DNA of 63,938 bases, filler included, from Platydemus manokwari (Eukaryota), in assembly GCA_037951405.1 (NCBI GenBank). It is 6 parts of 6 records of this genome, joined end to end, with 100 filler letters (N's around TTAATTAATTAA, not from the genome) between each part and the next. Parts side by side here need not be neighbours in the genome. Positions count along the whole stretch, not along the records: positions 1 to 10,625 come from JBBMOY011118552.1; positions 10,726 to 21,098 come from JBBMOY011138772.1; 4 more parts are not named here. The stretch is one strand, 5' to 3'. The notes below the pieces were generated by a model. That model was not told where the DNA came from. It was given only the letters and a program-made list of their open reading frames with translations, and did no database searches. Of this stretch, positions 1 through 13,924 are shown piece after piece. How positions within the stretch are numbered: position 1 is the first letter of the stretch; every line of letters begins with the position of its first letter. The translations under genes were made by a program, and so were the position numbers.

Positions 1-599
1 TATAACGAGAGAATTTATTTATGCAATTCTAACGACCTTTTAGTGAAAAATTATCATTCGGAAACGCATTATTAGATTTAAAAAGAAATAAAATTTGTTT
101 TTGTTTAAATCGTAAAACTTTTTGATTTGTTTTTTCAACTTGCATTACAATACCATAACAATTTCTCAGTTAAAAATCTAGACCAGGGTTTGGGAGGTCA
201 AATATTTGATTTAATTAAATTATTAAGATATTTATCTGTCTCTGATTCTTCAATTTATGCCTTCAAATCTCACAATTTTAGAATACAGTAGACATGTTTT
301 TCAAATTAAGTGGATATTATTATACTCTATATTTTTTCTATTATTAATGAAAAATTGATCGGCTCAATAATTCGAATTTGTCTTAATTTTAATCAATTTT
401 TCTCGATGATCTCTAGTTCAGTTAAACAAAAATAACTTTTTGAATAAAACAAAATTTTTGTTAATTTTAATTTTAATTTAATTTAATTAATTTTTATTTA
501 ATTTATTTTTATTATATTTTTAAGGTTATAAATTTTTTATATTTTATTTATTCTTCTGTTTATTTATTATTTTATATTTTGTAATATTTTTTTACTGTT

Positions 600-1650
600 T
601 AAATTAGTGAGACAATATTCACTAGGTATCACTTGTGTGTTTATGTTTTATCTAACATCATGTTGTATTTGCATTCTGATGTGATCATGTTCGATCGATG
701 TCACATGTGAACATAATGAGTTTAATTTATGCGTTTATCTTTTATGCTCAACACCGATTGGACTGGAACTCTACAAATATATAAACGATTTTGATTCACA
801 CGGCAACAATTTTAAAAACGATATAATGCGTGCCTCTTAAGATACCAGGGGACCGATTGAACTCAATAAAACTTAATATTAATTGATTTCAAAAATAAAA
901 GGATTTTTAATATAGATTTTTGTGAGTCCAGACTTAAAAATACAACAATTTAAGTTTCATTTGAGTTATGCTTTTTTTGAATTGAAGCTTTTCAGTGATA
1001 AAATAATTACAATTTATTATAAGCTATCTTTCGACCTTTCAATGCTCTTAGTTATTCTTTCCAATAATATGAACGTTATAATATCATCGGATTGTCTTTT
1101 ACAAGCCATAACTAACCAAACATCGCAATATGTCAGCTATATACGAATAGTAGTTGAAATAATGTAGTCTCAATCGATTTTCAGTTTAGTTCAAATACAC
1201 TCCTGTGAGATTAGTTACCTTCGGTATATATTTTGATGATATAATTTATTATTCATATTTATTTTTCGGTATTCACTAAGGAGCTTTGTTCGTCAACTGC
1301 ATATTAATCATTTATTATATTTATATTTAAATACGTGCAACCTAAATTTCAAACCGATTCACATTCTTAATTGAATACATGATTATGTTATGGAGCATGT
1401 GACAAAATCAGTCAAAAAATGTCTATCGACGCCAAGTAAACAACGTTTAAAGAGCTGTTACGCATAACCACGATAAAAACACGTTGTATTAGCCATTTAT
1501 AGATCTTTTCTGATTTGGTTTTGATTTTCAATTGGCATACACGAACAGTAGGCCAAAGATAAATCAATAACATATCTCATTGAAGAGAAATTTGCAATAC
1601 CCTAGTCTACGGACGGTTCTAATAGATTAGAGACAAACTGCAAGACAAGA
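600..1650 (+). mobile_element. Highly decayed Penelope-like retroelement remnant
   Basis: Fragmentary translations: YKYINDF (~770-792, like RYVDDxF), EHVTKSV...KSC (~1393) and RPKINQ (~1550), resembling the RT and GIY-YIG C-terminus; many stops. Boundaries approximate. Confidence 0.35.
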
Positions 1651-2982
1651 AGTCTTTCCAAGAATTCGACTCTTGAAGAAAGTTACCAGTATTTTATAAT
1701 GTGTACTTTCTGTCTTTTTATCTTTCAAGTGCTTAATCCGTTTATATTTTGTCATTTGTTTCATTGGACTTTTGTTTTTTTTGGAAGACATAGATTCGCG
1801 TAATTTAGAGTATTGTGTATCGACACTTTTATTGAACTTGTGTGAATTTTTATTCGAATGATTATACTCTTCTAATATTCAAGTTTTATTAATGATCGTA
1901 ACAATATCCCATTAATAATATTCATCTGACTAAAATAATTAAAAAGATAAAATAGACTATCAACCCAAACACTGAATCTATTCCTCATAATACTCATCAG
2001 TACTGTTTTTATATTTACGAATTGTAAATATTAAAAGATTAAGATGAACAGACTCGGATGAAATTTAAAAAATTATTAAAAAAAATCACAGAAAACTTAT
2101 TCAAACCAATTTGTATTACCTACTCAATTGTTCACAACAATGACAATTCTTATTTATATATTACACCACACGTCTTGGAAAAACAACAAGATCTCGTCAC
2201 AATTTCTATTCTCACCAGATCCCATTTCAATATATTAAACGGTTTGGAGCATCATCTTCTAAATAATTTCTTTTCTAACGCGGAAGATCTAAATAAGAAC
2301 TTTCCCGGCTTTCTCTTTGATATAGAATTGCTGATACAGAATGAGTTCAAATAAATTATAATGCTTTCGTAAATGAGATATTGTTTTAATTAAAAATTAT
2401 TTTTTTTCTCTTCCAATAATTCAACTTGTTCACGATACGATATCAGTTCAAATAGCTATTTACTTCTTCGTTGATTTATTACATGAAGAGTTCTGTAATC
2501 AAAATAAGAATTAATTACAATATTATCTCTGGAAAACTCATTTCTAGCTTTGAATACAGAATCTATTTGATTGAAAAAATATCGAAAACATAAGTTTTCA
2601 AATTATCAGAATGTATATAATTGGTTTTTATAGAAAGTTGAAAGTATCTGTCTGGTTGATTGGTATATTGAAAATTTTGAGGTGGATATCTCATTAATAT
2701 TCAATTCACAATTTTTCCATCCTATAGACAGTGCTCAAGAAAAATTCATTTTCAAGTTCATTTTTATTGTCTTATTCGATGAGACTGTATTATAAAAGTT
2801 GCATATTTAATGATGTTTAATTTTTATATTTTGTTTGAATGAAGTGATAAAATCGAAAAATAATCCTTTGAGAAATAAATTATGTTTTGCAAATACTGCT
2901 TTGGATTGATAATGAACAATGAATTAGTAGCTTAGAAGTTAAATCATGGATTAGTATGAGGACATTAAAATATTGATCGAAA

Positions 2983-3192
2983 NNNNNNNNNNNNNNNNNN
3001 NNNNNNNNNNNNNNNNNNNNNNNNNNNNNNNNNNNNNNNNNNNNNNNNNNNNNNNNNNNNNNNNNNNNNNNNNNNNNNNNNNNNNNNNNNNNNNNNNNNN
3101 NNNNNNNNNNNNNNNNNNNNNNNNNNNNNNNNNNNNNNNNNNNNNNNNNNNNNNNNNNNNNNNNNNNNNNNNNNNNNNNNNNNNNNNNNNNN
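2983..3192. other. Assembly gap (210 N)
   Basis: Run of N seen directly. Confidence 0.99.
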
Positions 3193-3199
3193 TTATCAT

Positions 3200-4400
3200 A
3201 ATGATATATAACGAATGATCTGTAAATGTAAAACAGTTATAAATGGGTTCCCAATTGTTGATGTTGAATACCACTAGCATCTAGCGATTTACAAGCCAAA
3301 TGTCCAATAGCAAATATTATTGATATTGGACACAATGAAGTCCATGGAAGCAAAATTATTTACAAATATTTGAAACAATAATCTTGTTGATAATATCTTC
3401 TAGACTAATATCGATGTTCCTCGGTATAAAATGATGGACAAGTGAATCAATCATACAACACATATATATTTCAGAAATTTAACGACCATTTAATTTTAGA
3501 AAGATTTTCCACAAACCAATCGATTTGTTTGAAATACTAAGAATTCTAATGAGGATTAGATCAGCAACCACAGGATCCTTAAGCGTTGTTTGCAAGTAAC
3601 CTATGTTAAATTTTCCTCTCTACAACAGTTATGTTTCACGACCGATAAGTCCAACTTATTTACCATATTAGGATATTAATATGGTTCTGGTTTTATCATT
3701 TTAATATGAATTACCTCATTGTCTTACAAATTTCGATACAAAAGAGTCTGCATTGTAATATTTTTCAGGGTTGTATATTGTGTTGAATCCCTTAAATGAA
3801 GCCTTGCCTTTACAAACGATGCAAAATCTGATTAAATGCTGGCATTTCTACACTCAACAATTATTTTATTTAAGCATTCCTATTTGGATTTGAAGATTCT
3901 TAATATTGTATCATTAGTCCCTATCTCTACAATAGACGAGCTGATTATATGGGCAATAAATTTGTAACTCGACTGTCCAATCAAACTTCACAATTTTAAC
4001 TTGACATTCATAGTGCTTAATCCTTATTTATCATGCGAAAGTTGTCAATTGGATATTTAATATCACTGAGAGATGGTGACAATACGATCATAAACAGTAT
4101 AATTAAGCTTAACATGCTCTTAAAATTCCTATTAGGAACAACCTGCTCAGTAAGTCCAACCATAATCTTGTCATGGCGAAAGAGAACGGAAGACTTCGAG
4201 ATTATGTACATTATTAACACAAGAGTTTGTGTTTCAATCTGATAGAGATTAAATCATTTTGCGAGAATATGCCATGCTTATTAGTTTTGAAAATACGCTG
4301 TAATGCAAAATGTGGTTGAAAAGTGTGCTTGGTTCACTGAAGGGTAAAATTTCAGGAATATCATTAAGTAATATTATGATTTCTCTCTGAGATTATTTTA
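3200..4400 (-). mobile_element. Decayed Gypsy/Ty3 pol remnant (RT region)
   Basis: Minus-strand translations LFNHILHYSVFSKLISMAYSR (like LFxxLxGxxxFSKLDLxxAY) and LSTMNVKLKL*SLIGQSSYKFIAHIISSS (like LxxxNLKLxxxKCxFxxxxVKFLGHIIS), in correct RT order with stops/frameshifts. Confidence 0.5.
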
Positions 4401-5509
4401 AGTATTTGTATAACTTATTTTTAGTAGTATAAAATATGAATCATTTGGTTTCTGGATAGTAAAGAATTTAATCAATATTTACCTGTGTGGAACTCTCTTA
4501 TTACATGCGATATAGTATAATGCAAAATAATTAAATATGTAGAGACTTTTCAAAATTCTTGTGCGAATTACTTGAAAATTTATATCTTGAATTTATTTTC
4601 AGCGTTTCTGTAGAGAAGTTTTTTAGCTCTACTTTTTGAAATGAAAATCTTACCTTAATTTTTAATGTCTTTCTTATTTTTATTATATTTGCCTAATTTT
4701 TGATTACTTTTCTATTCATACTTTTTTCGACTTTTCTTTAATTTTATAGCCGTATTCTATCAAATATTCTAAGAATTTTACTTCAATAAAAGAACTAACG
4801 AATGAACTATTTCTGCTAGACCATTTCTGTGACACTTCTATTTTAATTTGGAAAATAAAAAAGTAAATAAAAGCCTCTTATTTAAAGGTTTAGTTCAAGA
4901 ATCATTTCATCAAATGAAAGATTGTAACTAAAACAAATAAATAAAGTTCAATATAAGGCAGTTCAACAATTTTGTTGAATTTTAAATCCTTGGCATCAGT
5001 GTTCTTGTTATTTCTAATTTATCTTCGCACAGAGTTGTTTGTATTGATAAATTCAGATTATGCTAAGCAGTTATTTAGTTGGAGACTGTTTGGTTCGACA
5101 CGGTTGACTGAGTGAGGCCGAAGAGATGAAAGGTTAAGGAGAGAGATTCATAACATAATTAATAATTTGTGCTTTTAGAATTCTCCCCATAAAATCACAA
5201 TGGAATGTAGAATATTCATTCGTAATGAATCTCAATACGTATCTATGAATGAGACAAGCAGAACAGTACTAACAGAGATAAAGCAACAAATCCAAATGAA
5301 ATCCAATGATAAATGGAAATATAACTGTAAAACATGTGATAAAGCCACGAGTAGAAGATATCAACTGGGGAATTTCTAGGATAAATTTAAGTTAATATTT
5401 CGTTAAACCTTTCCAATGAATTTTGAAGAGAATTTCAAAATTTTAACGAAATGGCTGCTACTAACAATATGCATTGTCGATACAGAAAAAGAAAACTAAA
5501 AAAAATTTA

Positions 5510-6262
5510 GGCTAAAATTAAAAAATAGTGTCCTAAAATAAAATTTTAAAATTGAGGAGTGTATTGCAAAAATCTATATAGATTATTTAATTAAATTTTT
5601 TAATAACATTATGGATTTTATATTTAAGTACTTGAGTAAAATTTTAGTTATTTAGAATCAAATAATACATGAATAGGATTTTTAAAATCTCCTAAAAATT
5701 AATTATTTTAAAAATGGGTGAAAGTAGGTCAAAATGCAATTAATTGAAAATTAGCGAGGACTCTTTCTTTTAACATGAGAAGCAATTAGAATGATATCTA
5801 AGATTTTTAGAGTTATTTTATAAAAAAGTGACTTCAAAACTATTGAGAAATGCCAGGAACAAGGCACATGTGTTTTCTCTTTAAATAAGTATATTAATAT
5901 ATATTTAATACATTGGATACATAGATACCAAACCTGTCAACGCTGTAATGAAATGAAGATTTGATTAAAATCAAATAAATCGTACAGATGAAGATGCCAC
6001 AATTATATAAGAACTATCGGAATTCAAATAGGGACTTGGTTCAACAATTCTGTCTCGTCCCTTTTCGACATTCTGAATAAGGTATTTTTTGGTACACGGG
6101 GCTCACACATAAAAATTGTATTTACAAACCCAACAATTTAAAATTAATTATTAAAGTAAAAAAATTTAAGATTCCTCGCCAATGAAGAAATATCTTGGCA
6201 TAAAAGTATAATTTCAGGTCTAAATATCTTCGTAGAAATTGACAAGGAATGTTTTGGAAGTG
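5510..6262 (+). repeat. Dispersed ~750-bp repeat, copy 1 (copy 2 at 47688-48463)
   Basis: Long colinear match read directly, e.g. gtattgcaaaaatctatatagattatttaattaaatt and gaatgatatctaagatttttagagttattttataaaaaagtgactt occur in both copies. Confidence 0.9.
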
Positions 6263-7319
6263 AGTTATTGATTTGATCCTTGTCGACTACAATGATAGAA
6301 TTCGTCAAATATCGTTCTTCCAATGTTAAATTTCTGAAAATAATACCAAAAATGCATATCTTTGCGCTTGAAGCATTTCAAAAGATTTTACACAATTTTC
6401 CTCTCACATACACCTATTAGCATTTCAGAAAGTGGTAATTAAAATTCGAGTTGTTCAAAAAATTAGATTTCAACCAGCACCAAGACAAAGATTTAAAGTA
6501 ATCGGATATTTGAAGAATTAGAATGGAATCTCAATTTCTCGGACTGATAATTTTTATCAATTCAATGTAAAATCCGTCTTGAAAATATGGAGCGAATTCA
6601 AATGAATTATCAATGAGAGATGCTACTTTTTCTTCTTTTTGACATTAGAGAAAATGGTTATACACTCTCATTTAGCATTGTTCTCTAACCCCTGCCATTT
6701 GAAAATTGATACCACCAACATTTACATGGAATGATCTCAAGAAATTGAATACTGATTATAAAAAACACGTTTTATCCTTCACAATTTTTATTATTTTTTA
6801 TCGTTTTCAACGAACAATTGCAGTCGTGCATCTTAACTTGACGAGAAATTTGACTAAAATAATTATTATAAGTAAATTATTCGAAATATGACCGGTGTGA
6901 GAATATCAAATTGAATTCAATTTGAATTAGTATAGAATTTAATTGAATTAAGTTTTATATTAAATTTAATGTTGTATTGAATTTAATTTTATATTGAACT
7001 TAATTTGGTATTGAATTTTCTTTATTTGTTTAAATAATTGTCTTTAAAATAGAATTGAATGTCGTGTCTTTTCAGCTCGTTTTCGATGCATTTTTTATAA
7101 AATAGTAGAGGCTTACAACCGGTTTAATTAAGACGTTAGAATTTGAGAATGATTTCTTTTATAAAGTTTTAGTAACTGCTTAAATAGCTTCTGTCACTGA
7201 TCGTATAGTATAAACGATTATTGCATTGTCGTTGTATATTTGCGTGAAGTAAAGTAGTTTCAGTCAGAAGTAGATTCTGCTCAGAGAGCGCAAAATCGTA
7301 TTGGGACGAAGTCTTAATC

Positions 7320-7600
7320 TTGTTTGATATTGATTATTATGTTGAATCTAGCACGAAGTCCCCAATATTTGTATTCAAATATCATATGAATATATTTAAT
7401 TCTCCATAATGTCAATTCTTCATCATTTTAGACTTGCCATGATTATATTTTCACATCCCCATATCCGGTTAAATTTTTAAAATTCATAGATTGGAATGCG
7501 TTAGACAAAGCCCAAGGCATTAATGATTCTTCCGTAAAATGCCGATAGAAATTCTGTTCCATCACGGCATATATGTTGTCGCGTATAAATGGATTATTAT
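7320..7600 (+). mobile_element. Decayed Gypsy RT fragment
   Basis: FFIILDLP*LYFHIPIS (~7416-7467) resembles the FSxLDLxxGYxHIPI RT motif. Confidence 0.45.
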
Positions 7601-8419
7601 TAGAATATTAAGTGGAAAATGAAGGAAAAAATAAATAATAAAGAGCCCTATAAACAACAAAGAATTTTTTGTTTTGATTTCATTCACTTATAAAATATTT
7701 TCACCAGCCAAGTTGGCTACAAACATGACCAGACATTGTTAGATTAGAATAATTAAATGTCAATTGTAAAACGAAATTTCTTTGCATTTTTATTGTTGTT
7801 TATCGATTGAGAATTTTCATTTCAAATTGAAATCTAGTTTTGATTGAATTCTTTTTGGTAAAATATCCCCAATAATTCGTGAAATGTGATTTTTAATAAT
7901 AACTCTTTTCTTATGAAATGATTTGATTTGATTTTTAAATTATTGAAAAATAGTTTCATTAGTTAGCCATGCTTTTGTCACAAAGAATGAAGATGGGCGG
8001 TTCTGAGTTCAGATATGGATTTAGTTTTTTTCTATTGTGGTGGGTTTTTCCTGGACAGGTGGTTGAACCCATCAGATAAATGGAAGAAATCTTATATTAA
8101 AATGTAGAAATATTCGATGTTCATTCATGTTTTGCTCCAAGAACTTCTCATTTTCAAGCTCTACAATGTGTCAATCATTATATTTGGACTCCACCCGCTC
8201 TGGCTAATGTTTATTCGAGCTTAAAATCACCTGGTCGAATTGTTCACCATGGTTGTCAGTCAAAATTCCAAGAATTTGAGTAAAGAAATCAAGGTATTAA
8301 TATAAAAATACATTTTCAGAGACATACTGACAGGAAAGATTAACGAATTTACCAAATGGTAATGAGATTCACTGACTAGACGAAAATTGAATATCGGACT
8401 CCATAAAAATTAAATCACG

Positions 8420-8700
8420 TTTATCTCGGGCTTCCTAATAACGGCATTGCCCAGAGATGCATGTACGATTTACAAGGCTCATATGGACCAATGAAAATAG
8501 AAGATTATCTGTTGGAATCAAGTACTAATTCTCTGCACTGGCCAGCCAAAACAGCAAATGTATAACAGAACTACTAGGGAATGTTGTAAAGCAAATAAGA
8601 AGATTTCAAATGAAGGAATCTCGAATCAGAATATCAGAAACAATAATCTTAAGAATACATTTTAAAAGTCGATGTGAGGACTTGTGCTCCCTGTCGTCAA
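8420..8700 (+). mobile_element. Decayed Tc1-like transposase C-terminal fragment
   Basis: LHWPAKTANV*QNY*GML resembles Tc1 LxWPxxSPDLNPIENxWxxL. Confidence 0.35.
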
Positions 8701-9149
8701 GACTGTTATGTTTATGTATACTAATCTTTATATTCTTTACCAATTATTAAATCCATCGATAAAATTTCGAATTCCCCATAATTACAACGGGGAATCTTCA
8801 AACGAAAACAAATCTTGGAACAATATATTGATTCTATCGTATTTATTTTGATTAAAAAGGCTTTATATTACTAAAGAAATTGTTCGTCAAACATCGAAGG
8901 CCGCGAAACAAGGTCTATATCATGAAGCTAATGTATCAGTTACTATGCTTTGTTTATCCAACAAATCATTATTCATCTTCCTTCTTTAATCAAACTCTTA
9001 GATCAGGATCCCTAGTTTCATTTAGTTATTATAGAAAGGTCAGGCTCAACTTTTTAAAAAATTAAAGGAGAAGCTAAGCCGATTAACGAGATGTCGATAA
9101 ATGTAATTTATAATGAAAGCGACTTAGCCCGTGAAGTGAGACTACCGAA

Positions 9150-10600
9150 CTTAACGTATCTAAATGAATTTTTCAGAGTGATAGTATAGTGAAATGCTAT
9201 GCCTCTTGAACTGAATTGGTTGCACGAGACACATCGATGAAGTGGTGAAGTAACTGAAAGTCATGGTGTTTATGAATAAATAGTTATCGATAATATCTAA
9301 ATTTATATTTGTAATCAATATCATATTTAGTAGATTTATTGTTGAGTTTTCCCATAAGTGATCTGGCTCAGAATCATTTTGATTGGTCACAATAAGGACT
9401 AAAAATAGAACACAGTTCAATTGAAACCACTCAACAACAAACAGAAATATTGAATGTTTAATGTGAATGAGGCTTATAATTCAATTGTTGTGACCCAAGG
9501 GTATTTTGGCAGAAACGGGAACCATGTGGTACAATCCTATGTGAAGAAAATATATAAATAAAGAAAAAATATGGAATAAATATCCCCTTATTCAAGCATT
9601 TAACTCATTGTTGTATGAAGTAAATAAAACAGGTATTGCTCCCACCAATGTGGATTGCGGCAGAAGAATAATTGTTATAAATCTACTTGTTATTGTTATG
9701 TTTATCGATGAGAATGGGTACTTTGAAACCCGCTGAATTGATAAAGCGTAATAATGTGATAGGTAAGATAATAGGTGTTTTGGTCAATTTCTAGATTCAC
9801 TGGAGAATAGTAGTCTTCTCATAATACCGATTATTTGTAATGTTTTACTGCTCTTATAGGGTGGAATTCTTTTTCGAAATTGCGATACCGCTGTGATTAA
9901 TCCATGTGAATATTACTAACGGGCACAAGTCAATCTACCTGGTTATCATTGAGTTTGAAATATATATGATGTTAATGTTTCCATTCGCTATAGTGATGTG
10001 GAACTCTTGAAATCAATAAATATAGCTTTTAATTGATCTGTTCAACATCTTTGGAAAATTTTTGCAGACCTTTCCCGTAATACTTTTCTGTAAATCGATA
10101 GGTTTCCCGTTATTTTCTTCGAATTTATTTGAGCCATTATATTTGGAAGTGATCTAAGTCCAATTCAAGTGAGATTGGATTCCATCTTTCGATATTTGAA
10201 AAAAGTAAATTCAAAACCAAAGCCTATCAGATTCAACCGGACATCAAAATATATTTCGATACTGATATTTATTGATCGATAAATGTGAAATCAGTTCCTG
10301 CTTTTGATGCCAGCACATTTATAAAACCTGGCGACATTTTTGACTTTCATTTATTTCATTTTATTATTTCCAGGATAATTATGGCATTGGACTTACGATT
10401 TCTCCCTGTGCATCACTAGCCATTGAAGAAGAATTCAAGATGCCTCAATGCGCATATTAAACCCATGGATTATTTCATTACTGGAACCAATGAAATGTTG
10501 TAAACATATGACTCGCATAATAATTTCTATTATTATATTAGGTTGTCTCATATGAAATGTCCGATTTTCATGCACATATTTGAAGAAGCATAACTCATAA
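9150..10600 (-). mobile_element. Decayed Gypsy pol remnant (RT-RNaseH-integrase)
   Basis: Minus strand: KQELISHLSINKYQYRNIF (like KxELRSFLGxxNYYRxFI), then LPKYPW...IFLFVVEWF (like PxxPWxxxxxD...FLxVVDxFS) in pol order; heavily disrupted. Confidence 0.45.
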
Positions 10601-10625
10601 GAAAATATTTTTTATTAATTAAAAT

Positions 10626-10725
10626 NNNNNNNNNNNNNNNNNNNNNNNNNNNNNNNNNNNNNNNNNNNNTTAATTAATTAANNNNNNNNNNNNNNNNNNN
10701 NNNNNNNNNNNNNNNNNNNNNNNNN
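10626..10725. other. Artificial 100-bp scaffold spacer N44-TTAATTAATTAA-N44
   Basis: Identical structure occurs five times; the 12-mer puts a stop in all six frames. Confidence 0.95.
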
Positions 10726-11702
10726 ATCTAGTGAACAAAAATATTAGTAATCCAAAAGAGATTATATAATAATAATAAAATAATTAATCCATTGAATAAA
10801 TCTATGGCAAAACGTGATGGCAAATTTTTATTTACAATTTTGTCCGCGAACTTTATTAACAACATAATAAATGAAAATTTCCATTTTTTCACTCTATTTT
10901 ATATATTCTTTGTATATTCTTTACGTTTTCCTTGAATTTTCTCTATATCTACTTCATATAATCATTATATTTTTACTATAACTTCTGTGATTCTTTCTCC
11001 TTTTCTCCGTTAATTTCATGTCATAGATTTTCTCATCGAATTCAAATTAGTGGTCGTCATATAAGCCGCTAATATCATATAAAGCACGCATTGAAAATGA
11101 CTTAATAGATTAATATTTGTTATTATATAATCCTATTATAAATTGTTAAAATTTCAATTCATTTTAAAATTCTCGCATCCTCGATGCTTCCAATGATCAC
11201 CAGGTAATTAATTACTGTTGTAAATATTGTATGCTTGGGTTAGTTAGATCGGACTTGATTACAACTTAAATTATTGAAAGAAACATATTGGCCGTAGCAA
11301 CGACAATAACCAAAGTAGCGGCCTAAGAGTTATACTGCAATTATGCTTATTAAATACAGTTAATCTTAATGGTATGTATATTAATGAAAAACTGTGTCTA
11401 TAAATTTTATATTTATTAATATTATAATAATATGTACAAGTCTAGTGATAGAACAATTAATAATGAAACCCTATGGATTTAAGTAGAATATTTTGAAAAT
11501 GGATATCACACAATCTTGTGAAAATTTGAATTGTTTATTTTCAAATTTCATTGGCTGATCATCAATTGTTTTAAGTTTTATGAAATTTATAAATAAAATC
11601 GAATTGAATTTTGATTCGTATCATTGTATTGTTCATTGGTATAACATTTTTACCATTTCATTAATTTGTCTCGGTTAAATATATATATATCGTTTATTAA
11701 AA

Positions 11703-13676
11703 ATGGATAACTTTATACTTTCTCTCAGTTATGTGCTATCAGCTATTGTTGAAATTAAAATCAAATATGTCAATATGACATCAAATAATAATCAAACCAA
11801 ATTGAATTGTGAAACCAAAAATATTGCCGAACAATATGAATTTATAACAATCATTATTTCTCTAATCTTGGTGATTATTTTTTCTTTCATGACCAAACGA
11901 GTATCATTTCTAAGGAACATATGTCACGGAAGACCTGGTATAATGTTGCCAATGGATACATTGAATAGTAATGATTATACCATTGAATATGTTTTAGCAT
12001 TTCTATCTCTATCGGAGGATATTTATCAATTGATATTTGGATTGAAAATAAATCTCTACGAGATGACACCAACGGCAAGATTTTTCATCAAACTGTTTAT
12101 GATGGTACTTGTGACAATAATTTCCTTTCCAATTTTTGGAGCCATACATGGACAATTTCTTGTTGGATATATTGCTATATTAGTATTGTGGGTGCTTGAC
12201 CTGGGTATACATGCTGTGGAATTATATTACAGTCTGAAATGTCTACGAGGATCCGTCATTATTCCTTTTCTTGTCATTCGATTAACATCTTTAGGTATCG
12301 ATGTTTCCCTAATTATAATCTTTATCTGGCGTATAATTACTCATATTAAATCCAATAAAATACTACCAGATGAAACCAATGAATCATTAAATGATGATCG
12401 TGATTCGTCAATTGAATATGTTAAACAACTTTTGAAAAATAAACCCAATGTCGATTTAGAAACCTCACCAACAGATCTGGGCTGGAAAAGATTTAACTGG
12501 AAAACATTGAAATTCAAATTCAAACAGAAAGTCTACACAAAAATTCACGGTTTTAGACTTCCACCTAGATTAGTAATTGGACTGTTTGTTGGATTATATT
12601 TTGCTTTCCGAATTTTCATGGATAATATTTATGATCTCACACCCTCAGGGTGGGATTTGATAACCATAATGAACTTGCTTGCTTCTTCTACGAAAATGAA
12701 TTTGGGAAGATCTTTTGAAATTGCATTAGGAAATTTCTCCAAATATCGGGAACAAGAAAAATTGAATGCCTTCCTATATTTGACTATATTTTATGTAAAT
12801 TTGTTTTTCTTCAGTTTCATTTTTGCCATCATTATTGGACTTGTAAATTCTGTCGTGCAATCATTTTTGGTTTTGAGAAATTATCGATTACAGTTTAAGA
12901 GAATAACAAAAAGAGGATTTTCATCAATAATTTCTTTACATCATGCTCCATCTCCAAGTGGTCTTATATCAGGATTTATTCGTTATAGTGGATTTCAGGC
13001 AGCATATATTTTATGGGGTATCATAATTGTGATTGGTTTTGTATTTTGGTTTTTATTCATCACCATTGGAATAATTTTGCTACCATTTATTTACTTAAAA
13101 GATTCATGGGTAAGACATTTATTTAACCGGTATTTAGCGGTGATTTTAACATCAATAGCTTTAATCATAATTCAAAATCTCGTTGTTCGATTTGCCTTCG
13201 TCGAGAAATATGGAACTGTAATGGCAGTCAACAATCAGAGAGCATTTTCAATTTATACGCATTTTTCTTTTTTCCTCAATGCTATAGTCGGATTATTCAG
13301 TTCCCTAAAACGAATAATAACTTGGATTGTGTCCGGTGTATTTTGTTTTTGTAGAATCGATTTATGTACACTTCCAAATTATTTACAATCATGTGATGGT
13401 CCATATATGGCTTATATTGGATTTCTCTATACTCAACAGTATCATCATAACCCAGTATTGAAATGCTTCGTTCATTTAATTTGGCATAAGAAAAAGAAAC
13501 TTTCAGTTTATGATTATTTCTCAGTCAATAGAGATGGTGAAGAAATCGATTATTTAAATCCTCAACGATATTATAAGAAGAAATGGCTGTTAGCTTTCAC
13601 GTTGATAAATAATCCAAAGTTGAAGCATGAAAGGAAAAGTGCTTTAGTGAAAACTAGATCTTTAATTTATACTTGA
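11703..13676 (+). CDS. STRA6-like: STRA6/STRA6-like (RBP-receptor family) multi-pass membrane protein, 657 aa, single coding exon
   Basis: Uninterrupted 657-aa ORF with ~9-10 hydrophobic segments and family motifs GRPGIMLPMD, EYVKQLL, VYTKIHGFRLP, YSGFQAAYILWG, FFLNAIVGLFSSLKR, RID...DGPYMAYIGFL...HHNPVLKCF and C-terminal KWLLAFTLINNPKLKHERK (like vertebrate RWxLxYTLxxNPxLxxxRK). AATAAA at 13753. Confidence 0.92.
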   Translation: MDNFILSLSYVLSAIVEIKIKYVNMTSNNNQTKLNCETKNIAEQYEFITIIISLILVIIFSFMTKRVSFLRNICHGRPGIMLPMDTLNSNDYTIEYVLAFLSLSEDIYQLIFGLKINLYEMTPTARFFIKLFMMVLVTIISFPIFGAIHGQFLVGYIAILVLWVLDLGIHAVELYYSLKCLRGSVIIPFLVIRLTSLGIDVSLIIIFIWRIITHIKSNKILPDETNESLNDDRDSSIEYVKQLLKNKPNVDLETSPTDLGWKRFNWKTLKFKFKQKVYTKIHGFRLPPRLVIGLFVGLYFAFRIFMDNIYDLTPSGWDLITIMNLLASSTKMNLGRSFEIALGNFSKYREQEKLNAFLYLTIFYVNLFFFSFIFAIIIGLVNSVVQSFLVLRNYRLQFKRITKRGFSSIISLHHAPSPSGLISGFIRYSGFQAAYILWGIIIVIGFVFWFLFITIGIILLPFIYLKDSWVRHLFNRYLAVILTSIALIIIQNLVVRFAFVEKYGTVMAVNNQRAFSIYTHFSFFLNAIVGLFSSLKRIITWIVSGVFCFCRIDLCTLPNYLQSCDGPYMAYIGFLYTQQYHHNPVLKCFVHLIWHKKKKLSVYDYFSVNRDGEEIDYLNPQRYYKKKWLLAFTLINNPKLKHERKSALVKTRSLIYT

Positions 13677-13924
13677 AATAATAATGTGGCTTTTAAATTC
13701 GTTAAAATTCGTATAAAAAGAATAGATTATAAGTAACTTGATGTACTAAATTAATAAAAACATTTCTATGTAGAATTATCAATGGTTTATGGATGATAAT
13801 TATAAATGAGATATTATTTTTAATAATTTATCAATAATACTGACTTACAAGATTATAATAACAAGATGGCAATTATTTCTTCATTAAATTTTTTGAATTT
13901 TTTTAATCCAATTTTAATATATAA

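Noticed and set aside
2058-2354. 98-aa ORF
   Set aside because: No recognisable motif or splice context; lies among TE debris.
10670-10681. Recurrent TTAATTAATTAA as a biological repeat or CRISPR-like element
   Set aside because: Always centred in exactly 44+44 Ns; it is an assembly linker with six-frame stops.
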